Below, one piece after another: positions 58,361 through 63,995 of a stretch of DNA of 63,995 nucleotides; position 1 is the stretch's first letter; each line of letters starts with the position of its first letter. Source of the DNA: Paraspadella gotoi. Taxonomy: Eukaryota; Animalia; Chaetognatha. The DNA lies in the NCBI GenBank assembly GCA_051294375.1, contig CM119266.1:21093992-21157986 (forward strand), read 5' to 3'. A program made the translations under genes and the position numbers. The notes beneath the pieces are model-generated. The model had not been told where the DNA came from. It saw nothing but the letters and a program-made list of their open reading frames with translations, and ran no database searches.

Positions 58361-60713
58361 CCACCTCGTTCATCCACTTTCTCTCTTCAGATTTATTCCA
58401 TTTTGATTTCGAATTTTTCTTTTCCTTTTTCTCGTTTTATCGACGGCGAATTCATAGATATTTCATCGCAACCGATTTTTTGGTCGAAATAAATCGTTAA
58501 AAAATACATTTCCATCGAAAAAATATTTATATAAATGATTTTTTTAGATAAATTAGACAAGAAGTATTTTCATTTCAATGAAATCATGGAGCGATCCTCG
58601 AAATCAATTTAATTCTGACAATTCAAATTCAGTTTTACATACAGATGCGTCGATGCATCGGCGTAAGAACCTTTTTAATATCGAATTTTTGAATAATTGT
58701 CGCCGCATCGAAGAAGCGACTTCACGTTTCTCGAATCTCCCGTCGTCGGAAGCCAAAGATGAAAAAAAAATTTGGTAATTGAGTCGAAAGAGTTAAATGA
58801 GAAGAGGATCCGAATCCATTTGTACGTCATCCATCCATTCGGCTGTCCATCCCTCGATCCGTCCGTCTCAATCCGTCTTCGTAATGCGACGGAATAACCC
58901 GATTCTTTTTATCGAGACGTCATCGTCTCATTAATGATGCACCAAACTTTGGATCCTCTTTTTTTTTTCCAAAACCGAGTTAATCTTTAAAAACAAAAAA
59001 ATTATAAAGTTAGTCGATATGCGTGGGATTTATGAATGTGTGTCGTATACTTCCACAAACGCTTTTCTTCAAGGTTTGTTTTCGTAGCAGAAGACAAATT
59101 GCGCTTTACTGTAATAAAATATGATGGTATATACTTTAATCGAGCAAAGTTTGAATTGTTTATACAAAAAAAAACCCTTAAAATTAAGATTGTGTTGGAT
59201 AATATAATCTCGTGATTTATCAAAAAAAAAAGAAAAAAAAAAGAAAGAATCAATATCAAAGGATGAAAAGTAAACTTTTGCCTCCTGGTCATTCAATTCA
59301 TCGATTTAGTTGTTGTTGTTGTTGTCGAATTTTTTTTTTATTCGCTTTCTTGACTCTGAGGTAGGGAGGTCTCCTGCCTGTCACAATCCGAGGGGCCTTT
59401 ATGATTTCTGCCTAATCCTCTTTCAAACGTCATGTCTTCTGTCAGTGGTGCCAAAACAATCCCACAGGGTAAAAAGCCGGAGTGACGAGGGAGACGAGAC
59501 TCTTTTTTTTGGGGGGGGGATGAATGCAGAGAGTGGGTGGAGAAAAATATGTGTGGTGTGTGTATATGTTTAGGGAGCGAGAAGAGGGGAGAGGACATGA
59601 CTGAAAGAGGAGTGTGAGCAAGGAAGATGAGGGAGAAGAATTTGAATGTAAGAGAAATGAGAAGAGAGACGAGAGAAGAGAGAGAGAGAGAGAGAGAGGA
59701 GAAGAAGAGAGAAGGAGAGAGAGAGAGAGAGAGAANNNNNNNNNNNNNNNNNNNNNNNNNGAGAGAGAGAGAGCAAAAAAAGAAAAACAATCGCGACATA
59801 TATCTTAATCCTAATTAAACGAAGAAACACAGTGAAGCTTGTTTTGTGAGCCTTCCAAAAAAGAGTTCTGCTCGGGTTGTGGCTGTGGCTTTGACTTCGC
59901 CCCTAAACATAAAAATCGTGGGTTTTTTTAGATTTGGCTTTTTTCTCTCTCACACAAGTATCGCCTCAGGATAAATTCACAGTAGTGTCCCGAGCAATAC
60001 CTCTCACACTCACAAAAACTCGCTCTATTGTTTCCGATGTGTTTTTTTTTAGTTTATCGAAAAGATTCCTTTTTTTTATCAACATGTTTTATCAGATTCT
60101 TTTTTTTTGTTTCTAAAGAAAGAAAAAATTAAAAAGGGATTTGAGAAAGAAATTGACTCGAGGCTTCATAGAAAAAACAACAATGGAACTGAAAGATTGA
60201 TAAGTAGACGTTTAGCAAAAAAGAAGAACAAATTTGGGAGGAAAAATTCAACTGAAAACCATTACGCAAAAAAAAAAGTAATTTATATTCTTTTCTCTGT
60301 TTGAATATAAAAAAAAACGTGGAAAAAAGCTGAAAAAGGCGTAGACTGTCTGGAGTTTGTCAAACCACTATTCTTTTTTATGAAAGTTTTTAAGACGAGC
60401 AATTTTTTATAGTTTTTTGTTAGTTTTAACAATATATTTTGCCAAGTCTTTCACATAAAATAATCTTTAAAAAAACGAGAATATATAGTCTAGAAAACAC
60501 ATCATTTAATGGGCGTTGATATCGATTATTAAATATATTTATTGCTTTTTATTTCGATTAATTGTATTAAGTTGGAATAAAAAAGAAAAGAACGAAAGAA
60601 AGAAAGAAAGNNNNNNNNNNNNNNNNNNNNNNNNNNNNNNNNNNNNNNNNNNNNNNNNNNNNNNNNNNNNNNNNNNNNNNNNNNNNNNNNNNNNNNNNNN
60701 NNNNNNNNNNNNN

Positions 60714-60749
<36 letters not shown>

Positions 60750-61471
60750 TCGACGATTAAAATGCTTCATTCAGATTTATTCATTCATTTTTCCCCCGGT
60801 TCTAAGCGGCTTCTCGTGGCTCGCTGTCTCTCCTAGTAATTACCATGCATAATTCAATTATGCATCGATGCTGTTTCATAGCGGCGACATTTTGTGTTCG
60901 AGTGTGTCAGCATAATAATGCGTGCGTTCTCAGTCACACGCACATTGACACAATTGGTAGTTGGATAAACTTTCCATTTTATTTAATAGAAATGTTTTCT
61001 CGTTTTATCACATCACTTAATAGAGGATATTAAAAAGAAGGAGTGAGGATAAATACGATTCTTGTTCTTTTCACGGCGGCGTTCACGACGCAGGGTCACT
61101 CTCGTTTTGGAGCCAATCAATGCGTGCAACGTTTTCACACACTCACTGGGCATGCTAGTTTTTTGCGTGCGAATCGACAGCGCTTAGCACGGATTAACGA
61201 TTCTTTTTACGAGAAAAAAATCCCGTTTGACTCCATTACATCGTCATATTTTCGNNNNNNNNNNNNNNNNNNNNNNNNNNNNNNNNTTTTGCAAGGGACG
61301 GCAAAAAAATGTTTTACGACGGCTATCGCGAAATTAGAGTTGATTTTTACGAGGCTATGGCAAATATCACTCANNNNNNNNNNNNNNNNNNNNNNNNNNN
61401 NNNNNNNNNNNNNNNNNNNNNNNNNNNNNNNGAGATATCTTTCCCGGAGTGTAAAATGGATAGGGGAGGGT

Positions 61472-61556
<85 letters not shown>

Positions 61557-63298
61557 AGAGAGAGTGACTCTCTCTTTTCTCCACCCGGCTCTTTTATTGC
61601 ATATTCCAGTTCCAACTGCGCCCATTAAAAAAATTGACAATAAAATCATTCAAGTGGAATTATTGTCATTGTTTCTTCGCCTTCTCTTTCTTTCTCTCTC
61701 TCTCTCTCTCTCTATCAATATCTTCCTTTGCTAATGGGAAAAAATACTAAAAAACGTATCTTTTTTTATATTTATTTTAATAGTTCTATTTATAAGCTTT
61801 ATTTCCGCGAGAAACAATTTCAAAAATCTCCCATAACCGTTTCCGTCGTCGTCTTCTCGTTTACCCGCGCGTCGTTTCTTGTGTATAAAATACGACGTCT
61901 CTCTTCGGAGGGACAGACGACGGCGGTCAACGACATTTTTGGTGAAAATTGAAGTTGAAGCTAAAATTTCTATATAAATATATAACGAAATTTTGGTTTC
62001 TTTTATAATATGTTACCTGTTTTTAATTAATTCGGGTAAACGTTAATTCACATGATTAATTGATTATCTATTTAAAAAAAAATATTAATTCAATTTTTTT
62101 ATTTTTCCTTTGTTAAATTGTCATATTCGTCGCGGCAATTTTATCTATGATGAGAATATCTCGAAAATTGATCATTGTCTACGTTTTGCGTCAGACGATG
62201 GCGGCAGGCCGGCATCCGCAAGCGGCGTCGGCAGGCGGCGTCGGCAGAAGGCAGCATAAAAACGGGGCTCGTCTCCTTCGCCTTTTAATAAACGTAATTC
62301 CCATAATTCAGCCTCATTTTTTTGCCGGCGAAAGGATTAACTGCGGCTCTCGACTTCATATCATAAATTCTCTTCTTTCTTAGCTCGAAAAAGTGGGGAA
62401 GTGGGTGGGGGGGTGGCGAGGGTGGGGCTTGGGTGGTTTAAAGATGGTGGTGGGGATTGAAAAGAGGACAGAAGACTGATGACTGAAGAGGAGTGTAAGG
62501 GGATTGCATGGAAAGCTGCTTAAAACTGGTGGAAGAAATAAAGTTGGGATATGAGATAAATTCTTAATTTTCTTACAGACCTCACAAAAACTATATAAGC
62601 TTGACAAAAAAAAAGATAGAAAATTGTTAAAATAAAAAAAGTCATACAGCAAATATTAAAGAATGACGTGACATAAAAATAAAAAAAAGGTATTGCTATA
62701 ACGGTGTCGTGATTGTGAAAAAGAGAATTCTAAACCCTTCGTAAACTAACTCGTCACCTCAGGATCGATTCATATCCCGTCATAATCCCACGAAATGACG
62801 GCGGCGCTAATCCGTCCACGACGCGACTCCAAAATTTACGGCGCCATTTAATATTTGATTTTCGGCGACAAAAGCGAAATAAACGTCGACCGCGGTAATC
62901 GTGACGAATGGGTTTGGGCGTGGAGCGGCGGGCGAGAGAAAGAGTTTTTACTGTAAAACTGAGATGATAACGCGGCTTTCTTAGCCTTAGGAACTAAAAT
63001 GTATGGACTCTTATTGAGCTATATGATGCGAGTGCATTATTTTCTTTTTCTTTGAATCAACATTTTCGAAACAATACTACAATACTACTTCCCTCATAAA
63101 TGACAGTTTTGCGAACGTGACGGTGATGAATCACTCGACGTGAGGAACCGCAAAAGTGTCACGTGATCATGATGCCGAGAAACGAAGCCGCTTCTCAGAA
63201 TCACGCCGAAGAAAAAAGAAAATAAAACCCCTTTTTTTGAATCCAGATTTGAAACCATTTTTTTTTGAGAGAGAGAGAGAGAGAGAGAGAGAAGAGAG

Positions 63299-63348
<50 letters not shown>

Positions 63349-63501
63349 ATTTTNNNNNNNNNNNNNNNNNNNNNNNNNCATCTCTGTTTGCTCAATTTTT
63401 TTTCGCTCCCATCGAGATATTGATTCCAGTAAGAAACACGAAAGAAATCTTCGACCATTACCTTAACCATTCCTCTGCTCTTCTCGTAATCAATCACTAT
63501 C

Positions 63502-63556
<55 letters not shown>

Positions 63557-63995
63557 CTCTCTCTCTCTCTTTCTCTCTCTCTCTCAAAAATCTTTGGATT
63601 AAAAGGACTCAAAAAAAAAAAAAAAGGCGGGTGCCATCGCGAGACGCACCGGCAATAAGGAGTCTGGAACTCGGGACTTCTTTGGCGAAAAGCGAGAAGA
63701 TTTTCTTCTTTCTCCGTTTGAAAAACAGAAAAAAAAGTAACGTTGTAAAACTTTAATCCTGGCGAGTTGTCTCATGAGCGAGGAGCTAATCTCTAATTTT
63801 AACTTTAATCCTTTTCCCTTTTTGGTTTAGAAATTACCTCGTCTAATTGATCTATTTGTACGACATTGTGATACATTTGTGTCATAGAACATATCTCTTT
63901 TTGTCCATTTTGTTGTCGAACAAAACATTTCCTGCCTTTGCTCCCATTAAGCGAAAAACAACAGACGACGACCCACTAGTATGAAAACTACCTAC

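Overview
AT-rich, microsatellite-dense (AG/CT, GCC, GTC) eukaryotic DNA, probably an invertebrate animal. The draft assembly is error-prone: many N gaps, homopolymer indels, and overlapping or inverted duplicated blocks that look like uncollapsed haplotypes. Only one protein-coding gene is convincing: a five-exon, long-type ABCC/MRP multidrug transporter (30843-35777 +), with an indel-ridden partial duplicate at 18911-21863. The most notable content is non-coding. Three short repeat families (called A, B and C here), unrelated in sequence, each fit by eye a circularly permuted (P5-type) twister ribozyme fold whose P1 is a palindrome. Families A and B occur as partial head-to-tail tandems with fixed 3' ends and variable 5' ends; B and C have a tRNA-like Pol III box upstream. 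Penelope-type minimal hammerhead ribozymes with inverted tails, several TIR/foldback DNA elements and presence/absence insertions between duplicated blocks are also present. All folds were assigned manually and need covariance-model and biochemical confirmation.
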